64,000 nucleotides of DNA. Source: Coleofasciculus sp. B1-GNL1-01 (lineage in GTDB: Bacteria; Cyanobacteriota; Cyanobacteriia; Cyanobacteriales; Coleofasciculaceae). The stretch lies in assembly GCA_040220235.1 (NCBI GenBank), contig JAVJTO010000026.1; one strand, given 5' to 3'. Below, piece after piece: positions 1 through 9,066 of the stretch. Made by a program: the position numbers and the translations under genes. How positions within the stretch are numbered: position 1 is the stretch's first letter; each line of letters begins with the position of its first letter. Under the pieces are notes generated by a model. It was not told the origin of the DNA and ran no database searches. It saw nothing but the letters and a program-made list of their open reading frames with translations.

Positions 1-183
1 TCATTAGACAATTTTATCATCTTTGCAGCTCTTTTAAAATAGTTAAGTGGCTATTTGAATTTTTTGCTGATGGTCAAATATTCGATTTTCCGAAAATTTT
101 TCAGTATGGAATTTTGCCACAACCTAAATAGGATTGCTATAGTTTATAGATTATAGTTTGACTTACCTCCATCAAGGGCGTAC

Positions 184-427
184 TCGCAAACCCCTTCGTC
201 TTCCTCCATAATGACCGCTCGATAACAGTTTTGGCTTACCCCGTTAGGGGTGCGATCGCAAACCCCTTCGTCTTCCTCCATAATGACCGCTCGATAACAG
301 TTTTGGCTTACCCCGTTAGGGGCGCGATCGCAAACCCCTTCGTCTTCTTTCATAATGACCGCTCGATAACAGTTTTGGCTTACCCCGTTAGGGGCGCGAT
401 CGCAAACCCTTCTCTTACTCCATAATG
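184..427. repeat. 72-bp tandem repeat, about 3.3 copies, with a HIP1 site at each junction
   Basis: Unit TCGCAAACCCCTTCGTCTTCCTCCATAATGACCGCTCGATAACAGTTTTGGCTTACCCCGTTAGGGGYGCGA starts at 184, 256, 328 and (partial) 400. Confidence 0.95.
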
Positions 428-918
428 AGTCTGACTTTTGTCAAGTACAATTTATACCAAATTAGATGAGCTTACCCTGTAGTTACCCGGAACTGCCAAC
501 AGTGAAGCTTGGAAAAGAAAACAGTGAGTAGGTAACCCCGATACGCTGTAAAAATATGGATATGAGTAATAGCAAGAGTGGATTGAGAAATTGGAATATT
601 CACGGACTTGAACGTAGATGATTTGCCAAATAAATAAGGCATAGCATGACGAACTTTTGGTTACCCGCTCGTCAGGACTTAACCTTGTGTTAATAGTTTA
701 GCACTATGACTTATTTTTATGTCAGAAATCATTCTTTTGACTTATCTATCCACTCCGGAAAGTACTACTTTTTATAGATAAGCATATTGAGTAAAAATAC
801 TTAATAATTTGCAACTCCTCACCCCGGCGTGAGGAAACTGTAGGGGCGCATAGGCTTGCACCCATCAAATCGGCAAAATCTAACTTGTAATGTTTGAATA
901 AAAAGCAAAAGCACATTT

Positions 919-1527
919 CTACCTCGTCAAAAGTTTACCCTGATTCGCGGCAGCCGCGATCGCGTTACGGTTTGCTGTAAAAACTTGGATTCCCGGAACA
1001 GTTACATAGTCACCATCATCCGTAATCACGTTCACGATTCCTGCTTGATCTATTGCTTCGAGTATGAGCAGATCGTAACCATCAAGGGGTTGAGTCTGGA
1101 GTCTGACTAGAGATTTGTTAATGCTAACATCATCCACTGTAATATCAATACATGAAGCCATAGATGTAACCAGACTCCAAGCGGTTTGAACTTCAGCTAC
1201 AACATTAGCTCTTTGCGATGGATGGTTGTGGCGATAGTCTTTGGCTTTTATTGTGGCGGAAAAAATTTTTCGTTCTGTTGTCTCAATATTGTGTGCTAAC
1301 TCTGCTAGGGAAAGACCACAGTATCGGAGTGAAGCTTGAACAGAAATAGCTTTCATTAAATAGGACGGATACACATTAGTCTGATAAGATAGTGCTGAGG
1401 TACTAGCTTGGGTATAGGTGAGCCAGTACCAGACATTAGTGTCAACAAGAAAAATGTCATCCTGTTTTGGGATATCAGAGTGAATATCAAAAACCTCAGC
1501 CTGAACTGTGTAGTTGATTACCATCAA
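919..1527 (-). CDS. PIN-domain ribonuclease (putative toxin/effector)
   Basis: PIN acidic motifs FLVDTNVW, AELAH, DGYDLLI, VITDDGDY; start overlaps the stop of the upstream STAS gene. Confidence 0.8.
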   Translation of the reverse strand: MMVINYTVQAEVFDIHSDIPKQDDIFLVDTNVWYWLTYTQASTSALSYQTNVYPSYLMKAISVQASLRYCGLSLAELAHNIETTERKIFSATIKAKDYRHNHPSQRANVVAEVQTAWSLVTSMASCIDITVDDVSINKSLVRLQTQPLDGYDLLILEAIDQAGIVNVITDDGDYVTVPGIQVFTANRNAIAAAANQGKLLTR

Positions 1528-1877
1528 AGACTATTTGCTTGTTCGCTAACGACTTTATCTACTGCTTTGCGAGTATACTCATCTGAGTAATACCGCTTCG
1601 AGTTCTCAATCACCGCTTTGAGTACCTGTTTGCCAACTGGGTTGAGGTTAGACACTTTAAGCAAACGGTTGAGGGTTTCTGGTTTTATGTCTCCTAGCAA
1701 TTGACCAATGGCAAAGTTAAAAAAAGGAGACGCAAAAATATTCACTCCAGCAAAGTCTACCTCGACAGGACGCTCTGCTTTCAGTTCCGGGTGAATGAGT
1801 TTGTAAACCTTTTGACCATCTTCAAGAGTCATGCAGTATTTGCCCACCAGGTCGTAGATATTGTATTTTTTCATCAT
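1524..1877 (-). CDS. STAS-like (DUF4325-type) protein
   Basis: 117 aa; GQKVY...VEVDFAGVNIFASPFFNFAIGQL resembles the STAS/anti-anti-sigma core with a Ser at the phospho-acceptor position. Confidence 0.75.
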   Translation of the reverse strand: MMKKYNIYDLVGKYCMTLEDGQKVYKLIHPELKAERPVEVDFAGVNIFASPFFNFAIGQLLGDIKPETLNRLLKVSNLNPVGKQVLKAVIENSKRYYSDEYTRKAVDKVVSEQANSL

Positions 1878-1889
1878 TCTGACCTCCCT

Positions 1890-2771
1890 TTAGAACAGCG
1901 GCTCCTCACTGGGTTCAGAGTTCAGCGAGTCTAGTGAGTAATAAGACTCATCAGATTTAAGTGTGATATTGACCAGTGTTCCCTCAAAGAAACTTTGACT
2001 ACTCTGATACGTTTCTTGTGTTTTATCAATTATGACATATCCATTATGACTGAAAATCTCTAGTTTTCCCTCATTCACCCTGACAAATTGTTTTAAATAG
2101 TCAAGTCCTATGCCCCTTGCTATACCATGTTTGGTGGTTGTCCCTCGCCTAAATGCCCATTTGATAGTCTCATCTGCTGATAAATCAGTCTGGTTCAAGA
2201 AATCGCGAACGTTGCGAGGAATACCAACCCCAAAATCGACTACGGTAAGTTTCAGTTCTCCCAGAGTGGGGTAGTGCTGTCCGCAACTAAAAACCCCAAT
2301 ATTTGTTTGTCCATGCTCGAAGGCATTTGCATAGATTTCCCAGACGGTTGAAACAATATGGTTTTTCAATAACTGATCGATATGAACCCAGCCACGACCT
2401 AACCATTGTTCAGATAGGTAGTCTACTAAACCGCTGTTGTCTAGATATCGGTCTTCTCTATATGGGATGGAGTTTCCTTCCCAAGGCTCTACACCCTCCC
2501 CAAAGATGTGCATGAAACCATTTTGTTGAAGATTTATCCGGATTGGATTGTAAAGTGTATCCTACTTGAAGCTAACCTTACGCCCCTGGGATTCAATTAA
2601 GCGGGCTAACCCACCTATAAAAGCTACAGCATTTTGTCGTAGAAAGCTGCATCCAGAGAAATCGAAGACTACTTCCAAGTCTGTCTGGTTGACTTGCTGC
2701 CAAAGTTGAAACAGCAGCTCAAAGTCTTTCAACTCATCGTTGATAGTTAGAACTTGAAGAACTAGGCTCAC
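1890..2771 (-). pseudogene. STAS-like N-domain + GHKL (HATPase_c) kinase-like gene interrupted by one in-frame TAG at 2562-2564
   Basis: ORFs 2562..2771 and 1890..2513 share a frame and read KVSFK*DTLYNPIRINLQQNGFMHIF; GHKL boxes EIYANAFEH, DFGVGI, RGIGL. Confidence 0.75.
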
Positions 2772-3507
2772 AATTAATTCTGGAATGTGTGGTCAAGATA
2801 TAGAGTATAGTTTAAACTTAGCCCAATCCCAGCGATGACTGAATTGGCGACGGCGGACACACCGACACCCAACAGGGTTAGCGATCGCACTCGTTGCCGA
2901 TAGTGACGAGTATAGTGCTAGTCTAGCAACCATGCCGTACTGCGACCAATCAGATGAACGGGTTGATCTAGGGAACTCTCTTTTTTTTGCCCATCTCCCT
3001 CAATGGCTGAGAAGCTGAGAAATATTTACGAAATGCAATATTTCTTCATCATTTTGTACTAATACTTAATTAAGTTAAAATATCCCAGCTTGTAAAAACG
3101 AATACAGCTTATTCTTTAGATTATTTTAAGGTAGGGAGTTGCAAAAGTCTTAAATAAATTAAAAAAAAGTTAGACTACCTAAATTGCTAAATTTTTGTTA
3201 GATAATAGAAGAGTATCCGGAAGAAGGCGGGAAGGTTAAAAGACCGTTAACCAATTCCGGAAACGACCGTCAGCCATATAGCTTGGGGGTTTAATGTCGA
3301 TTTATGCTATCTAGAAAAAACAACATTGACGTTGTTCAAAGAAGGACTCAATTGGAACATTTATGCTAATTCGATTACCAATAGAATTGACGTTTTGTAG
3401 TGGAAGAGACGAAATTAATAGGGGATTTGCAATAGATAAGGAATTAAGTTGAAGTTTAGCGCCCCAAACAAAAAAGATTACCTAGCAACCCATAAAGGTT
3501 TGTAACT

Positions 3508-6500
3508 ATGACGAAACGAACGATTGCAACTCTAGACGGAAACGAAGCGGTAGCTCGCGTTGCCTACCCACTCAATGAAGTGATTGCCATTTATCCGATC
3601 ACCCCCGCTTCACCCATGGGAGAATGGGCAGATGCCTGGTCTTCAGAAGGTCGCAAGAACCTCTGGGGTACTGTTCCCTCAATCATTGAAATGCAGAGTG
3701 AAGCTGGCGCGGCAGGTACGGTTCATGGTGCATTGCAGGCAGGGTCATTGACCAGCACATTCACAGCCTCTCAGGGCTTGCTGTTAATGCTACCCAACCT
3801 CTACAAAATCGCTGGGGAAATGACCTCAGCCGTGATCCATGTCGCCGCGCGATCGCTAGCCGCCCAAGCCTTGTCCATTTTTGGGGATCACCAAGATGTG
3901 ATGGCGTGTCGTGCTACCGGCTTTGGTCTGTTGGCGTCGGGATCAGTCCAAGAGGCACATGACCTAGCATTGATTGCCCACGCCGCTAGCCTCGAATCCC
4001 GCGTTCCCTTTATCCATTTCTTTGATGGCTTCCGCACCTCCCACGAAGTTCAGAAAATTGAACTCCTGGCAGAAGAAGATCTGCGGGAAATGATCAATGA
4101 TGAACGGGTAATGGAACACCGGGCGCGGGGTCTCACCCCAGATCGCCCCGTTCTGCGAGGAACCGCCCAAAACCCGGATGTCTATTTCCAAGCGCGGGAA
4201 ACCGTTAACCCCTACTACAACGCCTGTCCGGGAATTGTCCAGAACACCATGGACAAATTTGCCGAACTCACCGGGCGCAAGTATGAACTGTTCCAATATT
4301 ACGGTGCCCCCGATGCCGAACGAGTGATTATCCTCATGGGTTCTGGCACAGAAACCGCCCATGAAACCGTGGATTACCTGAACAAACAGGGTGAAAAAGT
4401 GGGGATGATCAAAGTGCGGCTGTATCGCCCCTTTGACATGAAACAATTGGTTAAGGCATTACCTACGACCACCAAGAGTATCGCGGCTCTAGACCGCACC
4501 AAAGAACCGGGTGCAGGTGGTGAACCCCTGTATTTGGATGTGGTAACAGCCGTTCAGGAAGCCTGGGAAGCCGATACACCTAAACCCAAGGTTGTCGGTG
4601 GACGCTATGGCTTATCCTCTAAGAAATTTAGCCCCGCGATGGTGAAGGGGATTTTCGATAACCTGGCGGCTGATCAACCTAAGAACCACTTTACCATTGG
4701 CATCAACGATGACTTGACCAATACCAGCCTCTCCTTCGATCCCAACTTCTCCACGGAACCCGAAAGCGTGGTGCGTTGTGTGTTCTATGGCTTAGGGTCA
4801 GATGGTACTGTGGGCGCGAATAAGAACTCGATCAAGATTATTGGCGAAGAAACCGATAACTACGCCCAAGGTTACTTCGTTTACGACTCCAAGAAATCCG
4901 GTGCTGTTACCGTTTCTCACCTGCGCTTTGGTCCAGAACCGATTCGTTCAACCTACCAGATTAGCCAAGCCAACTTTGTGGCTTGTCACCAGTGGGTGTT
5001 CCTGGAAAAATTGAACGTCCTTAGTAGTGCTGCCCCTGGTGCAACCTTCCTGCTGAATTGTCCCTTTGGACCCGATGAAGTCTGGGGTCTACTGCCGCGT
5101 CCAGTGCAAGAGGAAATTGTCAATAAGAACTTGAAGTTCTATGTTATTGACGCCAACCAAGTGTCCATTAACAGTGGGATGGGACGACGGATTAACACCG
5201 TGATGCAAGTCTGCTTCTTTGAACTGGCGAATATCTTACCCAAAGAAGAAGCGATCGCGAAAATTAAGCAGTACATCGAAAAGACTTACGGCAAGAAGGG
5301 TGCAGAAGTTGTCCGCATGAATATTGAGGCGGTGGACAATGCTTTGGCGCATCTGTATGAAGTGCAAGTGCCAGATAGCCTGGACAGCACTGTGGATATG
5401 CGTCCCCCGGTTCCCGACACCGCCCCAGCCTTTGTTCGGGATGTGTTAGGTAAGATGATGGCGCGGGGTGGCGATGACCTGCCTGTGAGTGCTTTACCTG
5501 TAGATGGGACATTCCCTACGGGTACAACCAAATGGGAAAAACGCAATGTGGCATTAGAAGTCCCGGTTTGGGACCCCGATGTCTGCGTCCAGTGTGGTAA
5601 GTGTGTCATGGTTTGCCCCCATGCGGTGATCCGAGGCAAGTCTTATGACCCGCAGGTGTTAGAAAATGCCCCAGCTTCTTTTAAGTCTATCGATACTCGT
5701 GATAAAGAGTATGAGGGACAGAAATTTACGATTCAGGTAGCGGTAGAAGACTGTACGGGTTGCGGAATTTGTGTCGATGTTTGTCCGGCGAAGAATAAGT
5801 CTCAGCCGAAGCTGAAGGCGATTAACATGGAATCCCAGTTACCGTTGCGGGATCAAGAACAGGAAAATTGGGACTTCTTCTTAGATATTCCTAATCCCGA
5901 TCGCCGTTCCTTAAATTTAGACCGGATTCGTCAGCAGCAATGGCAAGAACCCCTATTTGAGTTCTCCGGCGCTTGTGCGGGTTGTGGTGAAACGCCTTAT
6001 CTAAAACTGGCGACTCAACTATTTGGCGATCGCATGGTGGTGGCAAATGCCACAGGCTGTTCCTCGATTTACGGTGGGAACCTACCGACTACACCATGGG
6101 CGCAAAACGCGGAAGGACGTGGACCAGCTTGGTCGAATAGCTTATTTGAAGATAACGCCGAATTTGGTATTGGCTTCCGCGTATCCATTGACAAACACAC
6201 CCAATTTGCCGCTGAGTTAGTGCAAACGTTAGCGGGTGAGATTGGCGATAACTTAGTCAGTGGGATTCTCAACGCCGACCAGAAATCCGAAGCCGATATC
6301 TGGGAACAACGGGAACGAGTCGCCCAACTCAAGCAGAAACTGCAAGGGATGAACTCTCCTGAAGCCAAGCAGTTGTTAAGTTTAGCCGATTACCTAGTCA
6401 AGAAGAGTGTCTGGATTATCGGTGGTGACGGCTGGGCGTATGATATTGGTTACGGTGGTTTAGACCATGTGATTGCCAGTGGTCGTAATGTGAATATCTT

Positions 6501-7122
6501 GGTGTTGGATACTGAGGTGTATTCCAACACGGGGGGTCAAGCGTCCAAAGCTACTCCACGGGGGGCGGTGGCGAAATTTGCCGCAGCAGGTAAACCCGCA
6601 CCGAAGAAAGACCTCGGTTTAATTGCGATGACCTACGGGAATGTCTACGTTGCTAGTGTGGCAATGGGGGCGCGGGATGAACATACCCTGAAGGCGTTCT
6701 TAGAAGCGGAGGCGTATAATGGTCCATCCCTAATCCTGGCGTATTCGCACTGTATTGCCCACGGGATTAATATGACCACATCGATGTCTCATCACAAGGC
6801 GTTGGTTGAGTCCGGGCGCTGGTTGCTGTATCGCTTCAATCCCGATTTAGTCAAAGAAGCGAAGAATCCCCTGCAACTGGATATGCGGAGTCCGAAATTC
6901 CCGGTGGAACAATCCATGTATCAAGAAAACCGCTTCAAGATGCTGACCAAGAGTAAGCCAGAAGATGCTAAACGTCTCCTGCAAGAAGCGCAACAGGATG
7001 TGCAAACCCGGTGGCAGATGTACCAATATCTGGCAGCCCGTCAGTTGGACACCCACAACGGTCATGGGAATGGTCAGACAACCCAAACCGGTGAGGAAGT
7101 TAAGGAACCGACGAATACCTAA
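3508..7122 (+). CDS. nifJ: Pyruvate:ferredoxin (flavodoxin) oxidoreductase
   Basis: YPITP, GLGSDGTVGANK, two CxxCxxCxxxCP clusters, GACAGCGETPY, GGDGWAYDIG. Confidence 0.97.
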   Translation: MTKRTIATLDGNEAVARVAYPLNEVIAIYPITPASPMGEWADAWSSEGRKNLWGTVPSIIEMQSEAGAAGTVHGALQAGSLTSTFTASQGLLLMLPNLYKIAGEMTSAVIHVAARSLAAQALSIFGDHQDVMACRATGFGLLASGSVQEAHDLALIAHAASLESRVPFIHFFDGFRTSHEVQKIELLAEEDLREMINDERVMEHRARGLTPDRPVLRGTAQNPDVYFQARETVNPYYNACPGIVQNTMDKFAELTGRKYELFQYYGAPDAERVIILMGSGTETAHETVDYLNKQGEKVGMIKVRLYRPFDMKQLVKALPTTTKSIAALDRTKEPGAGGEPLYLDVVTAVQEAWEADTPKPKVVGGRYGLSSKKFSPAMVKGIFDNLAADQPKNHFTIGINDDLTNTSLSFDPNFSTEPESVVRCVFYGLGSDGTVGANKNSIKIIGEETDNYAQGYFVYDSKKSGAVTVSHLRFGPEPIRSTYQISQANFVACHQWVFLEKLNVLSSAAPGATFLLNCPFGPDEVWGLLPRPVQEEIVNKNLKFYVIDANQVSINSGMGRRINTVMQVCFFELANILPKEEAIAKIKQYIEKTYGKKGAEVVRMNIEAVDNALAHLYEVQVPDSLDSTVDMRPPVPDTAPAFVRDVLGKMMARGGDDLPVSALPVDGTFPTGTTKWEKRNVALEVPVWDPDVCVQCGKCVMVCPHAVIRGKSYDPQVLENAPASFKSIDTRDKEYEGQKFTIQVAVEDCTGCGICVDVCPAKNKSQPKLKAINMESQLPLRDQEQENWDFFLDIPNPDRRSLNLDRIRQQQWQEPLFEFSGACAGCGETPYLKLATQLFGDRMVVANATGCSSIYGGNLPTTPWAQNAEGRGPAWSNSLFEDNAEFGIGFRVSIDKHTQFAAELVQTLAGEIGDNLVSGILNADQKSEADIWEQRERVAQLKQKLQGMNSPEAKQLLSLADYLVKKSVWIIGGDGWAYDIGYGGLDHVIASGRNVNILVLDTEVYSNTGGQASKATPRGAVAKFAAAGKPAPKKDLGLIAMTYGNVYVASVAMGARDEHTLKAFLEAEAYNGPSLILAYSHCIAHGINMTTSMSHHKALVESGRWLLYRFNPDLVKEAKNPLQLDMRSPKFPVEQSMYQENRFKMLTKSKPEDAKRLLQEAQQDVQTRWQMYQYLAARQLDTHNGHGNGQTTQTGEEVKEPTNT

Positions 7123-7128
7123 ATAACA

Positions 7129-7156
7129 GTAGAGACGCGCCATGGCGCGTCTCTAC
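7129..7156. repeat. Perfect 28-bp GTAG-type palindrome (REP-like)
   Basis: GTAGAGACGCGCCATGGCGCGTCTCTAC; related copies at 19735-19760 and 25859-25882. Confidence 0.9.
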
Positions 7157-7201
7157 ACCCCTCCACAGGATTACCCATAAAGAATTGAGAGGTTTAAACG
7201 G

Positions 7202-8218
7202 ATGGATCTGACAACAACATATCTCGGGTTAGAATTGCGATCGCCCCTCGTCGTTGGTGCAGCGGCACCCTTGACCGAAGATGTGGACAATATCAAGCGC
7301 ATGGAGGATGCAGGCGCGGCGGCTGTGGTGCTGCATTCCTTATTTGAAGAACAACTGCGCCAAGAAAAGTTGGAGTTACACCATCACTTAGAGTATGGTA
7401 CTGAAAGTTTTGCCGAAGCCCTGACCTATTTCCCGGAAGCAGAAGTCTTTCATGTGGGTTCGGAGCAATATTTAGAGCATATCCGTAAGGCAAAAGAGAC
7501 GGTGAATATGCCGATCATCGCTAGTCTTAATGGTGCTACGGTGGGCGGCTGGACGCACTACGCCAAGGAAATTGAGCAGGCGGGGGCAAATGCGCTGGAG
7601 TTGAATATCTACAGCATCCCCACGGATATGGATCAGACGGGGGCGGAAATTGAGCAGAATTATCTTGATATTCTGCAAGCGGTGAAATCTGAGGTGAGTA
7701 TTCCGGTGGCGATTAAACTCAGTCCCTTCTTCAGCAATATGGCAAATATGGCGAAGCGGTTGACGGAGGCGGGTGCGGATGGTTTGGTCTTTTTCAATCG
7801 ATTTTACCAGCCGGATATTGATATTGAGGAGTTGGAAGTTTCACCCAATATCTTGCTGAGTACCCCGCAAGCGATGCGCTTACCCATGCGCTGGATTGCG
7901 ATTTTGTATGGTCGTCTGTCGGTGGACTTTGCTGCTACCAGTGGGGTACATAAAGGGCAGGATGTGATCAAAATGATGATGGCAGGTGCGAAAGTGACGG
8001 AAATCGTCAGTGTACTGCTGCGTCATGGGATTGGCAATCTGCAAGACATTGAGCAAGAGGTGCGCCATTGGATGGAGGAACATGAATACGAGTCTATCAA
8101 GCAGATGCAGGGTAGCATGAGTCAGATTAACTGTCCTGATGAAAGTGGCTTTGAACGGGCGCAGTACATGAAAGCGATTCAGACATACAAGCCTCAATTG
8201 GTGGGGTTTGCGCCGTAG
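7202..8218 (+). CDS. Dihydroorotate dehydrogenase-like flavoprotein (nifJ-associated)
   Basis: [46 protein letters not shown]; directly downstream of nifJ. Confidence 0.9.
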   Translation: MDLTTTYLGLELRSPLVVGAAAPLTEDVDNIKRMEDAGAAAVVLHSLFEEQLRQEKLELHHHLEYGTESFAEALTYFPEAEVFHVGSEQYLEHIRKAKETVNMPIIASLNGATVGGWTHYAKEIEQAGANALELNIYSIPTDMDQTGAEIEQNYLDILQAVKSEVSIPVAIKLSPFFSNMANMAKRLTEAGADGLVFFNRFYQPDIDIEELEVSPNILLSTPQAMRLPMRWIAILYGRLSVDFAATSGVHKGQDVIKMMMAGAKVTEIVSVLLRHGIGNLQDIEQEVRHWMEEHEYESIKQMQGSMSQINCPDESGFERAQYMKAIQTYKPQLVGFAP

Positions 8219-8236
8219 GGTGAACGCCAATTAATT

Positions 8237-8269
8237 AGATCCCCGATTTCTGGAATAAGTTGGGGATCT
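8237..8269. terminator. Repeated palindrome, likely terminator between convergent genes
   Basis: AGATCCCCGATTT...AAGTTGGGGATCT; related AGATCCCCGACTTCTCCAAGAAGTCGGGGATCT at 46114-46146. Confidence 0.55.
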
Positions 8270-8350
8270 GATCGGGACAAATCATCCAGGAAACCGTAGG
8301 GGCGCATAGACGTGCGCCCGACTCAATTGCCAGATCTGATTTAAACTGGA

Positions 8351-8776
8351 TTATTTACCGTCAGTTATCCGATCAAGTGTTAGTTTTTCGGTGTGGTTCA
8401 AGGATTCTTCTGATTTTTTAGCTTTTTCGGCTTTTTTAGCCATCGAGTCTAATTTACGGCTTGCCTTTTTCCGTCCATGTTCAATCGCCTGCTTTCTTTT
8501 CTCGGTTTTGCCAATCAATTCCTTGGTTGTCTCTAAGCCCTCAAATGCCTTTTCTGATGCCTTTTTCGCTTGTTCACTCCCTTTGTCTAAATCGACAGAT
8601 TTCTCAGATTGAGGATGGGCTGGGGTTAATTGTGCTGTAGGCGTTAGAGGGGTGGCTAAGGCGTCGCTATTATTGTCTGCGATCGCTAAACCAAAAATCA
8701 GGCAAATTGGAATTAAAAACAAGGCTAGGATTTGACGCAGTTTGCTGAGGTGTAATTTCATTTTTAATAGCGGCAT
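8351..8776 (-). CDS. Hypothetical exported/membrane-anchored helical protein
   Basis: Hydrophobic N-terminal segment followed by a Lys/Glu/Ala-rich region. Confidence 0.7.
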   Translation of the reverse strand: MPLLKMKLHLSKLRQILALFLIPICLIFGLAIADNNSDALATPLTPTAQLTPAHPQSEKSVDLDKGSEQAKKASEKAFEGLETTKELIGKTEKRKQAIEHGRKKASRKLDSMAKKAEKAKKSEESLNHTEKLTLDRITDGK

Positions 8777-8867
8777 AGATAGTCTTTAATAGTCTTTAAA
8801 GGCAACAGGGAGCTAGGAAATGGGCGATACCCGATACTTGCACCTTTGTCAATAAGCCCCGACACTC

Positions 8868-8982
8868 GCCAAGAACTCAAGTTCTTGGCTAAAAGCGCAA
8901 GTCGTCTCAAGACGACTAAAACTCTTATTCAGTCAGCTAAGGCTGACTTGGGATTTTAGTCTTGGGTTTCAACCCTAAGCGG
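8868..8982. repeat. Four-hairpin palindromic element
   Basis: Stems GCCAAGAAC/GTTCTTGGC, AGTCGTC/GACGACT, AGTCAGC/GCTGACT, CTTGGGTT/AACCCTAAG. Confidence 0.75.
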
Positions 8983-9066
8983 TTGGTGAGACTCTGGGCA
9001 TACTTTCCCATAGTGGCAATAAACCCCTACAATTTCCTTCATACTAAAGACAGAAAAACGGCAGTT

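Noticed and set aside
1..141. Possible IS end (TATAGCAATCCTA on the minus strand) with a gene start running off the window
   Set aside because: Too little sequence to confirm a transposase or a matching second end
144..425. ORFs 144..353(-) and 231..425(+); also considered a CRISPR array
   Set aside because: The ORFs are by-products of a 72-bp repeat; units are identical along their length with no unique spacers and no cas genes nearby
813..836. ACTCCTCAC hairpin resembling the Yfr1 sRNA motif
   Set aside because: Motif is incomplete and lies in a stem rather than between two hairpins
3964..8230. Antisense and alternate-frame ORFs within nifJ and the DHOD-like gene (likewise in other long genes)
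   Set aside because: Shadow ORFs overlapping well-supported genes, with no motifs
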